From an uncultured Thermodesulfovibrio sp. (lineage in GTDB: Bacteria; Nitrospirota; Thermodesulfovibrionia; Thermodesulfovibrionales; Thermodesulfovibrionaceae): DNA of 51,369 bases. Under the pieces are notes generated by a model that saw nothing but the letters and a program-made list of their open reading frames with translations, did not search any database and was not told the DNA's origin. A program made the position numbers and the translations under genes. The stretch covers positions 7,502 to 58,870 of the forward strand of contig CAZYLC010000003.1 in assembly GCA_964648755.1 (NCBI GenBank), read 5' to 3'. This document shows, piece after piece, positions 40,663-51,156 of this stretch. Each line of letters starts with the position of its first letter. Position 1 is the stretch's first letter.

Positions 40663-41007
40663 TTAGCAAGTTAAATGAAAGGCTCCTGCTACCTTTTTAC
40701 CTTCATCAAGTAATTGATTAAATAAAGAAATAGCTTTATCTGTCTCCATTACATACGTTTCTATTCCTTTAGTCTTTAGCTCTGCTATAAGACTTTCAGA
40801 TACCTTCATCCTTCCATAGGCTCCTGTGCCAACCACAAGATAATTGATGTCTTTTTTTAATACTTCTCCGAGGTCTTCCATGCATAATCCATGACCCTCC
40901 TTTCTCCACCAAGATGGCAAAATACTGTCAGGAAAGACAATTAGATCTGCTGTGTATTCTTTTTTGTTTATTATTACCTTACCAAAAGAATAATAGGTGA
41001 TCATCAT
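40663..41007 (-). CDS. Mth938-like / DUF498 domain protein
   Basis: YSFGKV, WWRKEGH, VVGTGAYG, AFHLTC; SD GGAGG before ATG 41007. Confidence 0.87.
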   Translation of the reverse strand: MMITYYSFGKVIINKKEYTADLIVFPDSILPSWWRKEGHGLCMEDLGEVLKKDINYLVVGTGAYGRMKVSESLIAELKTKGIETYVMETDKAISLFNQLLDEGKKVAGAFHLTC

Positions 41008-41024
41008 AGAACCTCCATTTTTTA

Positions 41025-41122
41025 TGGCGGGAGCGTGTGGGAATCGAACCCACCATGCCTGCTCCTCACAGGCAACACTGGATTTGAAGTCCAGGGGGGA
41101 CACCAGAACCCCATACACTCCC
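41025..41122 (-). tRNA. selC: tRNA-Sec (anticodon UCA)
   Basis: Minus strand GGGAGTGT...ACGCTCCC-G-CCA 8-bp acceptor stem, anticodon arm CTGGA-CTTCAAA-TCCAG, long variable arm, T arm GTGGG-TTCGATT-CCCAC; 98 nt, 8/5 fold. Confidence 0.96.
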
Positions 41123-41130
41123 GATATAGA

Positions 41131-41159
41131 ATTTTAAACGATTTTTAAATATTTTTCAA
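41131..41159 (-). promoter_or_regulatory. Sigma70-type promoter of selC
   Basis: Minus strand TTGAAA-17 nt-TAAAAT ending 8 nt before the tRNA 5' end. Confidence 0.6.
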
Positions 41160-41191
41160 AGTTAATTGATATTTAATTGAACAATTTATAA

Positions 41192-41803
41192 TTAAAACTT
41201 TAAATAGTTATCTCTTACATACCTTAAAATATCATCATAAACTGAAGGAATTACAAGGAAAAGCTCTATGTCACTAGGTAAAGAAAGCTTTAACCTATCC
41301 TGATCTCTTAGAATAAGGATTGCAGATTCTCCTTCCTTGAGAGAATCGTTTATTTTTGTTGAAATTTCCAAAATTCTTCTCTGAGATATTTCATTAAAAA
41401 AATTAGATATTTGTTCCATAACTGTTGTGGTTTTTACAACTCGCAGACAATTCCCCCAATCTATGAAAGCTCCAAAAGTTTCTGGATTTTCTATTCCTAA
41501 AACAACAGCTCCTTCTGTTGTTTTTCTTTCTATTAATATGTAAAGGTATGGATTAGTTTCTCTAATAACATCAACAGCTTCTTGTCCTTCAATAAAAATT
41601 GTTTCAACAAAAATTTTAGTAACAAAACCTAATTTTTCAAGCTTTTCAATGTGGGAAATTGCCCCCTGCCAATACTTCTCTACAAGATTTCTTAAAACTT
41701 CATCTTGCTCATCAGGAACAAAAACATTTGGAATACAAAAAAGTCTTCTTTTTCCCTTAAATTCTTCGATGTTTAATCTCTGAATTTTTCCTAACTCTGC
41801 CAT
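41192..41803 (-). CDS. Hypothetical protein
   Basis: 203-aa ORF 2 nt downstream of trpD; no recognised motif. Confidence 0.7.
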   Translation of the reverse strand: MAELGKIQRLNIEEFKGKRRLFCIPNVFVPDEQDEVLRNLVEKYWQGAISHIEKLEKLGFVTKIFVETIFIEGQEAVDVIRETNPYLYILIERKTTEGAVVLGIENPETFGAFIDWGNCLRVVKTTTVMEQISNFFNEISQRRILEISTKINDSLKEGESAILILRDQDRLKLSLPSDIELFLVIPSVYDDILRYVRDNYLKF

Positions 41804-41805
41804 AA

Positions 41806-42816
41806 TTAATTTGTTTTTGATAGTCTTATTAATTCCAACAATTTATTGTAAGCTTTTCCGTTGTCAATACTCTCTTTAGCCATTTCAAATCCCTCTCTAA
41901 AATCCTCTGTTTTCCCAGCAATAACAAGGGCAACAGCAGCGTTCATTAATACCATATCTCTAACCACATCCTTTTTGCCTTTTAAAAGGGAGAGAATGAT
42001 TTCTGCATTTTTCTTTTTGTCTCCACCTTTTATTTTATCAATACTTGCTTTTTCCAATCCAAAAATCTCTGGAGATATGATCATATCATAAAATTTCCCA
42101 TCTTTATATCTTAATAAATACGTTTTATCTCCTATCGATATCTCATCTAAACCTTCATCACTATGAACAATAGCTACATCTTCAGAGCCGAGATTAGATA
42201 ACACCTTTGCAATTATCTCCATATATTCCTTTGAAAACACCCCTATAAGTTGTCTTTTAACAAGTGCTGGATTAAGCATGGGACCTAAAATATTAAAAAT
42301 TGTTCTAATTTTTAATTCTTTTCTTACAGGAACAACCCTTTTCATTGCAGGATGATAAATCGGAGCAAAAAGGACAGTTAGTCCACAATCAAAAAGACAT
42401 CTCTCAGCTATATGTGGAGTCATATCCACTTTAACCCCAAGTTCCTCTAAAACATCTATACTTCCACATTGACTTGAAGCTGAACGATTTCCATGCTTTG
42501 CTACCGGAACTCCGGCACCGGCTACAACAAAACTCGTTGCCGTAGAAACATTAAAAGTACCAGCCATATCACCGCCTGTGCCTACGATATCCAATGTACC
42601 AGGAGGACATTTTATTTTTATTGCATAATCTCTAAAAACCTTAACTGTTGCTAAAATTTCTTCTTCTGTTTCTCCTTTCATGGATAGACCCATAAGAAAT
42701 GCCGCAATCTGAACATCTGAAGCTTCTCCCTCTATTATTTCGATAAAACTTTTTTCAATGGCTTCAGAGGATAGATTTTTCTTTTTAGATAGCTGTTGAA
42801 TTGCTTCTGTAATCAT
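41806..42816 (-). CDS. trpD: Anthranilate phosphoribosyltransferase
   Basis: [23 protein letters not shown]. Confidence 0.96.
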   Translation of the reverse strand: MITEAIQQLSKKKNLSSEAIEKSFIEIIEGEASDVQIAAFLMGLSMKGETEEEILATVKVFRDYAIKIKCPPGTLDIVGTGGDMAGTFNVSTATSFVVAGAGVPVAKHGNRSASSQCGSIDVLEELGVKVDMTPHIAERCLFDCGLTVLFAPIYHPAMKRVVPVRKELKIRTIFNILGPMLNPALVKRQLIGVFSKEYMEIIAKVLSNLGSEDVAIVHSDEGLDEISIGDKTYLLRYKDGKFYDMIISPEIFGLEKASIDKIKGGDKKKNAEIILSLLKGKKDVVRDMVLMNAAVALVIAGKTEDFREGFEMAKESIDNGKAYNKLLELIRLSKTN

Positions 42817-43388
42817 AACTTTAAAAAATTCCTAAGTAAATCTTTACCTATCTTTGTTAATATACTCTCAGGGTGAAACTGGACTCCTTCAATCAAATAT
42901 TCTTTATGCCTTACACCCATAATTAAACCTTTCGAAGTCCAGGCAGATACAGTAAGACAGCTGGGAAGACTCTCTTTTTCTATAATAAGCGAATGATACC
43001 TTGTTGCTTCAAAGGGGTTCGGAATTCCTCTAAAAATAGTTTTATCATCATGATATATTAAGGAAGTTTTTCCATGCATTATTTCTGGAGAACGAATTAT
43101 CCTGCCTCCAAAAGCTGCACCGATTGCCTGATGACCGAGACAAACACCGAGTATTGGAATTTTACCTGCGAAATACTTTATCACATCTACTGAAATACCA
43201 GCCTCCCTAGGAGAGCAGGGGCCAGGTGATATTATAATCTTTTCAGGAGACATCTCTTCAATTTCCTTTAAAGTTATCGTATCGTTTCTATGAACTCTAA
43301 CATCTGGAATAATTTCTCCTATATATTGATAGAGATTATATGTAAAAGAATCGTAGTTATCTATTATCAATATCACTTTATCCCTCAA
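42813..43388 (-). CDS. trpG: Anthranilate synthase component II (glutamine amidotransferase)
   Basis: [28 protein letters not shown]. Confidence 0.93.
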   Translation of the reverse strand: MRDKVILIIDNYDSFTYNLYQYIGEIIPDVRVHRNDTITLKEIEEMSPEKIIISPGPCSPREAGISVDVIKYFAGKIPILGVCLGHQAIGAAFGGRIIRSPEIMHGKTSLIYHDDKTIFRGIPNPFEATRYHSLIIEKESLPSCLTVSAWTSKGLIMGVRHKEYLIEGVQFHPESILTKIGKDLLRNFLKL

Positions 43389-44862
43389 TCTTTAAAAAAT
43401 TAACTGATTTTAACATTGCCATTGCCTTATTAACTGTTTCATTATACTCATTTTCCGGAATTGAATCAGCTACCACTCCAGCACCTGCCTGAACAAAGAC
43501 TTTTTCTTTCTTTACTAAAAGCATCCTTATTCCGATACACATATCCATATTATTGCTAAAGCCAAAATAACCAACAGCTCCAGCATATGGACCTCTTAGC
43601 GAGGGTTCAAGTTCTTCAATAATCTGCATAGCTCTTACCTTAGGTGCTCCTGTAACAGTACCAGCAGGGAAGCATGACATAAAAACATCAAACATGTCAC
43701 AACCTTTTTTAATTCTACCCTCTACGTTACTTACAATGTGCATTACATGACTGTATCTTTCCACTGTCATCAATTCCGTAACATTCACTGAACCTATCTC
43801 TGCTACTCTGCCCACATCATTTCTGCCAAGATCAACAAGCATTATGTGTTCTGCTCTTTCCTTCTCATCTGTTAGAAGTTCTTTTTCAAGAGCTATGTCC
43901 TCTTCCTCGGTTTTTCCTCTTCTTCGTGTCCCAGCAATTGGTCTTAAAGTAATTTTTTCATCTTCCAACCTTACAAGTATCTCAGGGGAGGAACCAATAA
44001 GCTGTATATCCTCTGTATCAATATAAAACATATAGGGTGAAGGATTAATTATTCTTAAAGCTCTATAAATATCAAAGGGATGACAACTCCTTTTAGCTTC
44101 AAATCTTTGAGAAATTACCACTTGTACTACATCACCAGACAAAACATATTCTCTTGCTTTCTCAACAGCCCTGAGGAAGCCCTTTTTTGTAAAATTTGAC
44201 CTAAATGATGAATCTAAATAACTCTCCTGATGTAAAGGATTAAAAAAATAACTTCTAAAACTCTCATCTTTATCATATTTAAGGGTTTGAATTATTGCAT
44301 CTATTTTTTGTTTTGCCTTTTCATAAACTTTTTTACTATCTCCATCTGTAAAAGCGTTGACTATAATTCTTACAGATTGTTTTAAACTATCAAAAATAAG
44401 TAAAACTTCAGGAATCATGAGAAAAATCTCTGGAATATCCAAAGATTTCTTGCCAAGTTCCGGGACCTTTTCATATACTTTTACTATGTCATAGGATATG
44501 TAACCAACCATTCCTCCGAAAAATCTTGGAAGTTCAGGGTCAATATAGGCATGAAAATTTTTAAAATATTCTCTTAAAAACAAGAGGGGATTTATATTTT
44601 TATAAGACTCTTTCTGCAAATTTTTCTTTATCATTACAGTATCTTTATTAAATTTAATAGTAATTTGAGGATCAATTCCTATAAAGGAATACCTACCCCA
44701 TTTTTCTCCACCTACCACACTTTCAAGAAGAAAGGAAGGCTTCCTATTAAGTTTTAAGTACGCTCCAACTGGTGTATCAAGATCAGCCAAAAACTCTTTG
44801 TAAAGGGGGATGACTTTATATTTCTTTGAAAGTTCAGTAAACTTTTCAATTGTTAAATTCAT
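43378..44862 (-). CDS. trpE: Anthranilate synthase component I
   Basis: [41 protein letters not shown]. Confidence 0.95.
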   Translation of the reverse strand: MNLTIEKFTELSKKYKVIPLYKEFLADLDTPVGAYLKLNRKPSFLLESVVGGEKWGRYSFIGIDPQITIKFNKDTVMIKKNLQKESYKNINPLLFLREYFKNFHAYIDPELPRFFGGMVGYISYDIVKVYEKVPELGKKSLDIPEIFLMIPEVLLIFDSLKQSVRIIVNAFTDGDSKKVYEKAKQKIDAIIQTLKYDKDESFRSYFFNPLHQESYLDSSFRSNFTKKGFLRAVEKAREYVLSGDVVQVVISQRFEAKRSCHPFDIYRALRIINPSPYMFYIDTEDIQLIGSSPEILVRLEDEKITLRPIAGTRRRGKTEEEDIALEKELLTDEKERAEHIMLVDLGRNDVGRVAEIGSVNVTELMTVERYSHVMHIVSNVEGRIKKGCDMFDVFMSCFPAGTVTGAPKVRAMQIIEELEPSLRGPYAGAVGYFGFSNNMDMCIGIRMLLVKKEKVFVQAGAGVVADSIPENEYNETVNKAMAMLKSVNFLKIEG

Positions 44863-44868
44863 TAATTT

Positions 44869-44897
44869 ATTTTATAGAATTCCTTTAAAAAAGGCAA
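44869..44897 (-). promoter_or_regulatory. Sigma70-type promoter abutting the trpE start (probably leaderless)
   Basis: Minus strand TTGCCT-17 nt-TAAAAT-6 nt-ATG, no SD. Confidence 0.55.
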
Positions 44898-44991
44898 TTT
44901 CCCATAATTTGCGATTTTATTTATTTTTCTGTTATTTTTATTAAATTTGAAATATAAATAGGTGATTAACGTCTCTTTTTAGGAGGATAGG

Positions 44992-46275
44992 ATGAAAACA
45001 AAGAAGTCTCAAAAACTCTATAAAAAAGCAATAAATCTTATGCCCGGTGGAGTCAATAGCCCTGTAAGAGCATTCAAGGCAGTGGGAGGTAATCCTCTAT
45101 TTATTGCAAAAGCTAAAGGTTCTAAGCTATATGATGTAGATGGAAATCAATACATAGATTACGTCTTATCTTGGGGTCCCCTTATATTAGGGCATGCTTA
45201 TCCATCAGTAGTTAAGGCTATTCAGAAAGCTATAGAAAAAGGTACAAGCTATGGTGCACCAACAAAGCTTGAAATAGAGCTCGCTGAACTTGTAAAAAAA
45301 GCTTTTCCCTCTATAGAAAAGATTCGAATGGTAAATTCAGGGACTGAAGCTACCATGTCTGCCATCAGGGTAGCAAGAGGTTTCACAAAACGCTCGAAAG
45401 TTATAAAATTTGAGGGATGCTATCACGGTCATGTAGATGGACTCCTCGTCTCTGCTGGTTCAGGGGGTGCTACATTAGGAATTCCTGATAGTCTTGGAGT
45501 CCCTATTCCTTATGTAGCTGAAACAATAGTTCTCCCCTTCAATGACACAGAAGCATTCAAAACTACCATAAAAGAAAACTGGAAGGATATAGCTTGTGTA
45601 ATTCTTGAGCCTGTTGTTGGTAATATGGGTTGCATATTACCAAAGGAGGAATTTTTACTTTCCTTGAGAGAGGAAACTGAAAAATTTGGTATAGTTCTAA
45701 TTTTTGATGAGGTTATGACCGGTTTCCGAGTCTCCTTTGGTGGTGCTCAAGCTTACTACGGAATAACCCCTGATCTTACTTGTCTTGGCAAAGTAATAGG
45801 CGGAGGGCTGCCTGTTGGTGCTTACGGAGGGAAAAAGGAAATAATGCAAATGGTTGCCCCTGAAGGAGGAGTCTATCAGGCAGGCACACTCTCGGGTAAT
45901 CCTCTTGCAATGACAGCAGGAATTGAAACATTAAAAATTCTTAAGAAATCCTCTACATATAAAAAACTTGAAAAAATTATGTCCCAATTGGAATATGGAC
46001 TTAAAGAAGCCTCTGAAAAATCTGGGATAAAGGTTAAATTTTACAGAGCAGGAACTATGTTTTGCACTTACTTTACTGAAACTGAAGTTTTTGACGCAAA
46101 AACAGCAAAAACTTCCGATACAGAAAAATTCAAAAAATTCTTCTGGGGAATGCTCAAAAGAGGAATCTATATAGCACCATCTCAATTTGAAGCAGGTTTT
46201 ATCTCCCTTAGTCATAGTGAGAAAGATATAGAAAAGACTATTCAAGCTGCTTACAAAACATTTAAGGAAGTATGA
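44992..46275 (+). CDS. hemL: Glutamate-1-semialdehyde 2,1-aminomutase
   Basis: [43 protein letters not shown]. Confidence 0.97.
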   Translation: MKTKKSQKLYKKAINLMPGGVNSPVRAFKAVGGNPLFIAKAKGSKLYDVDGNQYIDYVLSWGPLILGHAYPSVVKAIQKAIEKGTSYGAPTKLEIELAELVKKAFPSIEKIRMVNSGTEATMSAIRVARGFTKRSKVIKFEGCYHGHVDGLLVSAGSGGATLGIPDSLGVPIPYVAETIVLPFNDTEAFKTTIKENWKDIACVILEPVVGNMGCILPKEEFLLSLREETEKFGIVLIFDEVMTGFRVSFGGAQAYYGITPDLTCLGKVIGGGLPVGAYGGKKEIMQMVAPEGGVYQAGTLSGNPLAMTAGIETLKILKKSSTYKKLEKIMSQLEYGLKEASEKSGIKVKFYRAGTMFCTYFTETEVFDAKTAKTSDTEKFKKFFWGMLKRGIYIAPSQFEAGFISLSHSEKDIEKTIQAAYKTFKEV

Positions 46276-46796
46276 ACTTTTTAGATCCCTTAGGACAACA
46301 GGAAAGAGCTGAAGCTTATAGGCTTTTTGCATATCTTTTTATGAATATTCCAGAGTTTGAGCTTATTGAGGAATTCGAGAATTTTGCAGGAATTTCCATA
46401 AATGATAGCTATGAAGAGATATGTGAGGATTATATTTATCTATTCAATGAGGGACAGGTGCCCCATTATGAAGGTTATTATAGAGAGCTCCTATATAAGG
46501 ATATCCCTATTGATTTCAGTCTCCTTCATGTTCAACATTTCTACTGGAATGCAGGTGTAGCCATTGATGAAGAATTTGATCTACCATCAGACCATATATC
46601 TATGGAACTTCTCTTTATGAGCTATCTTGTAGAACAAAATCACATAGACTTACAGATAGAATTCCTTAAAAGAATCTGCGAATGGATTCCTATGTTCTGT
46701 GATAATCTATATGAGAAAGCAAGAACTGACTTTTATAAAGAAGTTGCAACTTCATTAAAGGAGTTTGTATTATCAGAGTGTGAGGGAACTGGTTGA
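46272..46796 (+). CDS. TorD/DmsD-family molybdoenzyme maturation chaperone
   Basis: PYE-like VPHYE and [15 protein letters not shown] motif. Confidence 0.8.
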   Translation: MNFLDPLGQQERAEAYRLFAYLFMNIPEFELIEEFENFAGISINDSYEEICEDYIYLFNEGQVPHYEGYYRELLYKDIPIDFSLLHVQHFYWNAGVAIDEEFDLPSDHISMELLFMSYLVEQNHIDLQIEFLKRICEWIPMFCDNLYEKARTDFYKEVATSLKEFVLSECEGTG

Positions 46797-47047
46797 GCGA
46801 GGAAGAAACTAAAAAATCTATATTCAAAGTAATTCTTGAAGCATCAGCACTTGGAATAAACTTTGTTCTTTGTGTTGTTATTGGGGTTATAATGGGTTAT
46901 TTAATAGATAAATTTATAGGCACATTTCCTCTTTTTTCTATAATTTTTCTTATGGCTGGCTTTGCCGCCGGAGTAAAAGAAATTTTTCGATTTATAAGGA
47001 AGGTGAACAGGGCAGATGGACAAGGAAGTAATCAGGAGAATAAATAG
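46793..47047 (+). CDS. AtpZ/AtpI-family small membrane protein (ATPase gene 1)
   Basis: GVIMGYLIDKFIGTFP...GFAAG two-TM pattern. Confidence 0.82.
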   Translation: MSEEETKKSIFKVILEASALGINFVLCVVIGVIMGYLIDKFIGTFPLFSIIFLMAGFAAGVKEIFRFIRKVNRADGQGSNQENK

Positions 47048-47420
47048 GCAGACAATTATTTTTGTTCCTTTACTTACCGTAGCGAGCTATCTAATGTGGC
47101 AAGATGAAATTGTAGCATTTAATGTAATTCTTGGTGGCTTTATAAGCTGGTTAAGCTTAAGAGAGCTTGCTTGGGCTGTAAAAAAATTTTTTGGCAAGCC
47201 CATGTTTCAACTTACTGTTATCGGTCTCAGTTATTTAAAACTGGGTGCCATATTTCTGTTCCTTTGGTTCATAGCCATAAAAGGACTTTTCAACATTAAA
47301 GGCTTGCTGATTGGTTTCATCGCGATTTTAATAGTCTCTGCAAAGGAAGCATATGTTTTTATAAAGAAGCAGAAAGGAGAAGATGCTTCTTCTGAAAGCC
47401 AGAGCGAAAGGAAAAATTAA
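47016..47420 (+). CDS. ATP synthase subunit I-like membrane protein
   Basis: Four TM segments; follows the atpZ-like gene. Confidence 0.65.
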   Translation: MDKEVIRRINRQTIIFVPLLTVASYLMWQDEIVAFNVILGGFISWLSLRELAWAVKKFFGKPMFQLTVIGLSYLKLGAIFLFLWFIAIKGLFNIKGLLIGFIAILIVSAKEAYVFIKKQKGEDASSESQSERKN

Positions 47421-47434
47421 AAAGGAGGCTATAT

Positions 47435-47593
47435 TTGAGCTGGCAACTCTATCTTCTTTTGGCTCTCGCACTTCTTGTAATTATGGCTTTTAAGATAACA
47501 AAGGTTCTTGCTATTATTATTCTTCTATCTGTTCTTATAGTTTTCTTGGTAGCCTATTTTTCAAAAAAAGGAGGTAAAAGTGATAAAGCTTGA
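47435..47593 (+). CDS. Small membrane protein (52 aa), below the ORF-track cutoff
   Basis: SD AAGGAGG then TTG; MSWQLYLLLALALLVIMAFKITKVLAIIILLSVLIVFLVAYFSKKGGKSDKA*; overlaps the pgi start. Confidence 0.65.
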   Translation: MSWQLYLLLALALLVIMAFKITKVLAIIILLSVLIVFLVAYFSKKGGKSDKA

Positions 47594-48902
47594 CCTTTCT
47601 AATGTTTTGAATGAAGTGATAGGAATTAAAGGTCTTAATTTCTATGAAATTGAAGAGAGTGCTACAAAAGCCCTTACCCTTCTAAAGGGGAAAAAATACA
47701 GCGAACTCGAATTCCTAAATCTTCCTTATCAAGATTTAAAAAAGGTTAAGGAAATAGGGGGAAAAGTGAAGGATTATGAATATTTTATTATACTTGGAAT
47801 TGGAGGTAGTGCTCTGGGACCAAAGGTTATTTTAGAAGCTCTTAGCCCTTTCCATAATTTAACTAAAAAACCAAAAGTATTTATATATGACAATGTAGAC
47901 CCTACTACATTAAAACACATTATAGAGATTGTAGATTTAAAAAGGACTCTTATAAATGTAATTTCCAAATCGGGTAGCACTTCAGAGACTCTTGCGTCAT
48001 TTTTAATTTTATGGCGAATGATTAGAGACAAAAAACTTGATGTGAATGAACATTTCGTTTTCACTACAGACCCTGAAAAGGGTAATTTAAGAAAATTGGC
48101 AGAAGAATATGAAATTCCTACCTTAGAAATTCCAAGAAATGTGGGAGGTAGATACTCTGTATTGTCTCCTGTAGGACTCCTTTTAGCTGAGGCAATAGGA
48201 TTAAACAGTGAAACTCTTCTCGAAGGAGCAAAGGAAATATCAGAGAAGGCTTTTAGAGAAAATATCAATGAAAATCCTATGGCTGTTCTTGCATCCATTT
48301 TATATTTAATGGATACTCTTAAGGGTAAAAAAATAGTGGTATTTATTCCCTATGCAGATAGACTCAAAAGTCTTTCTGAATGGTTCTGTCAATTGTGGGC
48401 CGAAAGTTTAGGTAAAGATGGCAAAGGCACAACTCCTTATCCTTCCTTAGGAACAACTGATCAGCACTCTCAACTTCAACTATGGATGGAAGGACCTGAA
48501 GATAAAGTAATCCTTTTCCTCTCTGTTGAACGGCATAATTTTCAGGAAGAAATTCCCGAGGAATTTCACGATATTGAAGGATTGAGATTCTTAGGAGGAC
48601 ATACTCTTGAGGAATTAATGCATACTGAACAACTTGCTACGGAAATGGCTCTATGGCTTAATAAAAAGCCTAACATGAAAATTATAGTTCCTAAAATTAA
48701 CCCCTATACAATTGGACAGACTTTCCAATTTCTTCAAACAACAACTGCTATGGCAGGAATGCTATATGGTATAAATCCTTTTAATCAGCCTGGCGTAGAA
48801 CTCGGGAAAAGACTTACCTATGGCGCAATGGGTAAGAGAGGATTTGAGAGTGAGGGAGAAGAAGTAAAAAATTACCTCAAAAGACAAAGAGTTATAATTT
48901 AG
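47580..48902 (+). CDS. pgi: Glucose-6-phosphate isomerase
   Basis: GIGGSALG, SKSGST, GGRYSVLS, QLWAESLGK, QPGVELGK. Confidence 0.95.
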   Translation: MIKLDLSNVLNEVIGIKGLNFYEIEESATKALTLLKGKKYSELEFLNLPYQDLKKVKEIGGKVKDYEYFIILGIGGSALGPKVILEALSPFHNLTKKPKVFIYDNVDPTTLKHIIEIVDLKRTLINVISKSGSTSETLASFLILWRMIRDKKLDVNEHFVFTTDPEKGNLRKLAEEYEIPTLEIPRNVGGRYSVLSPVGLLLAEAIGLNSETLLEGAKEISEKAFRENINENPMAVLASILYLMDTLKGKKIVVFIPYADRLKSLSEWFCQLWAESLGKDGKGTTPYPSLGTTDQHSQLQLWMEGPEDKVILFLSVERHNFQEEIPEEFHDIEGLRFLGGHTLEELMHTEQLATEMALWLNKKPNMKIIVPKINPYTIGQTFQFLQTTTAMAGMLYGINPFNQPGVELGKRLTYGAMGKRGFESEGEEVKNYLKRQRVII

Positions 48903-49446
48903 TTCTTGGATGTTCTTTCCTCCAATCTGAGGGCTTCTCTGTGAGTCCATCTTTCCCCCAAATGCCTTTTTTCTCCTCTCTCGCGAGTCGCTGAGCCTCA
49001 ACAAATAAATCTGCATATTTCACATTAGGCGGGATTGTATAAACCATCGCATAACCGTTTCTTATCAACAAATAGTTAATCATGTTCCCCTTGTTGTCCC
49101 ATAGATAAGCAAGAATTCTTCCATACCTATCTCTTTGTTGAACATCAAGCTCGACCTTGACCTGCCAATCGCTCTCCCTTATAAGTTTTTTTAAATAATT
49201 TTTTGCTCTTCTTCCCCATGGTTCCTGTGCCAGTTCAGGAGCGTCAATTCCAATTAAACGCACTTTTTCTGTTTTTACAAAAATTCCTAAAAAAGAATCT
49301 TTCACTATTGTGACAGTATCACCATCGTGGATTTCTGTAACTCTATAGAAATTTTCGTCCTTTTTAGCACAAACAGCGGTGCTAAAAATCAACAATAAAG
49401 TAATTATTAAAAGAAAAAATCTATTTAAAATTCTACCAACTCGCAC
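48892..49446 (-). CDS. Secreted thermonuclease (SNase-like)
   Basis: Signal/TM segment, DGDT, RLIGIDAPE, DRYGRILAY, GIW. Confidence 0.92.
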   Translation of the reverse strand: MRVGRILNRFFLLIITLLLIFSTAVCAKKDENFYRVTEIHDGDTVTIVKDSFLGIFVKTEKVRLIGIDAPELAQEPWGRRAKNYLKKLIRESDWQVKVELDVQQRDRYGRILAYLWDNKGNMINYLLIRNGYAMVYTIPPNVKYADLFVEAQRLAREEKKGIWGKDGLTEKPSDWRKEHPRTKL

Positions 49447-49559
49447 TTTATAATTATATCAATCTCTAATTTTGTATTTTAAAGCAATTCATCTAACAAT
49501 ATAATTAAAAGATTTTAGTATGTTTTTATTAGGCAATCCAATAGTTTATAATTAATTAT

Positions 49560-50090
49560 ATGAAAAAAAAACCAAATATTATTATCACAGGCTTTATGGG
49601 AACAGGTAAGACAACTGTAGGGAAAATCATCTCCAATAAATTAAATTTTATCTTTCTTGATATAGATGAATTAATTGAAAAAACTACCGGAATGAAAATA
49701 TCAGAAATCTTTAAAAAATTTGGAGAGAAGAGATTTAGAGACATTGAAACTGAAATGGTTAAGGTGGTAACAAAAAAAAGAGGGCAAGTAATATCAACAG
49801 GTGGAGGTGTGGTTTTAAGAGAGAAAAACTTGCATCATCTAAGGAAATCTGGAATAATCTTTTGTCTCACTGCCTCCCCTAATACTATATTTGAGAGAAC
49901 AAAGGGGTGCAAAGATAGGCCTCTTCTGCAAGTGAATAATCCTCAGGATATAATTAAAGAACTTATGAATGAGAGAAGACCATTTTACGAGAAGGCTGAT
50001 ATAATAATTGACACAGAGGGTTTGTCTGCTTCTGAGGTTGCAGAAAGAGTAATCAAAGAATATGAAAGGTTAACAAATGGAAAAAATTAG
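49560..50090 (+). CDS. aroK: Shikimate kinase
   Basis: GFMGTGKTT, FRDIE, STGGG, RPLL. Confidence 0.95.
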   Translation: MKKKPNIIITGFMGTGKTTVGKIISNKLNFIFLDIDELIEKTTGMKISEIFKKFGEKRFRDIETEMVKVVTKKRGQVISTGGGVVLREKNLHHLRKSGIIFCLTASPNTIFERTKGCKDRPLLQVNNPQDIIKELMNERRPFYEKADIIIDTEGLSASEVAERVIKEYERLTNGKN

Positions 50091-51156
50091 AGTAGAATTG
50101 GGAGAGAGAAGTTATGAAATCTTGATTGACAGTGATAACCTTTCTTCCATAGGTGTGAGATTATTAAGATTCCCTATTGGTAAGAAAATAGCCCTTGTGA
50201 GTAATCCAACGGTAGCAGAACTCTATGGACATAGAGTTCTAAATGCTCTAAAAAAAGAATCTTTTGATGCCTCCCTAATCTTGATACCTGATGGTGAGAC
50301 CTACAAAGACTACTTCTGGGCATATCACATACTTACTAAATTACTTGAAATGGGCTTTGACAGAAAATCATGCCTTATTGCTTTAGGAGGAGGTGTTATA
50401 GGTGATATTACTGGTTTTGTGGCATCTTTATATATGAGAGGTATTCCTTATATTCAAATACCAACAACTCTTCTTGCTCAGGTAGATAGTTCTGTGGGAG
50501 GTAAAACAGCTGTTAATCATAGCCTTGGGAAAAACATGATTGGAACCTTCTGGCAACCCTCTCTTGTTTGGATAGATGTGGATACCCTTAATAGCCTCAA
50601 TGAAAGAGAGTTTCTCTCAGGACTTGCGGAAGTCATAAAGTATGGTGTCATATGGGATGTAGAGTTTTTTGAATTTCTTGAAAAAAATAGAAATAAAATT
50701 TTAACTCGGGATAAAAATAGCCTTATAAAAATAATCAAGAGATCCTGTGAGATAAAATCAGAGGTTGTATCAAGGGACGAAAGAGAAAGTTCCCTAAGAG
50801 CAATATTAAACTATGGACATTCAGTTGGACACTCAATAGAAACCCTTACAGGTTACTACTCCTATTTACATGGAGAAGCAATATCAATTGGTATGGTATA
50901 TGAAGCAAAATTATCCCATATGCTCGGATTTCTTACTAAAGAAGACTTCGAAAGAATAAGAAAAATATTCAAAGAATATGGCCTACCTGTAGATATGCCA
51001 CCAATTCTTGAAAGTTCGGAGATAATCAACACGGTTCTTCTTGATAAAAAAAATCTTCAAGGTAAGATAAGAATGGTCATTCCCGAAAGCATTGGCAAGA
51101 TGAAAATAAACTTTGAAGTAAGCGAACATGATTTAAAAAGAGTTATTAATGGCTAA
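50077..51156 (+). CDS. aroB: 3-dehydroquinate synthase
   Basis: LGGGVIGD, PTTLLAQVDSSVGGKT, LNYGH, HGEA. Confidence 0.96.
   Translation: MEKIRVELGERSYEILIDSDNLSSIGVRLLRFPIGKKIALVSNPTVAELYGHRVLNALKKESFDASLILIPDGETYKDYFWAYHILTKLLEMGFDRKSCLIALGGGVIGDITGFVASLYMRGIPYIQIPTTLLAQVDSSVGGKTAVNHSLGKNMIGTFWQPSLVWIDVDTLNSLNEREFLSGLAEVIKYGVIWDVEFFEFLEKNRNKILTRDKNSLIKIIKRSCEIKSEVVSRDERESSLRAILNYGHSVGHSIETLTGYYSYLHGEAISIGMVYEAKLSHMLGFLTKEDFERIRKIFKEYGLPVDMPPILESSEIINTVLLDKKNLQGKIRMVIPESIGKMKINFEVSEHDLKRVING

Noticed and set aside
41008..41118. N-terminal extension of ORF 40663..41118
   Set aside because: It is the tRNA-Sec sequence read as protein; the SD and ATG at 41007 mark the real start.
41025..41122. 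selC as an integration site for a genomic island
   Set aside because: No integrase, no duplicated tRNA 3' end noticed, and housekeeping genes on both sides.
47383..47493. 36-aa ORF MLLLKARAKGKIK... after AAAGGAG
   Set aside because: SD spacing is too short, it overlaps two better-supported ORFs, and it has no recognisable motif.
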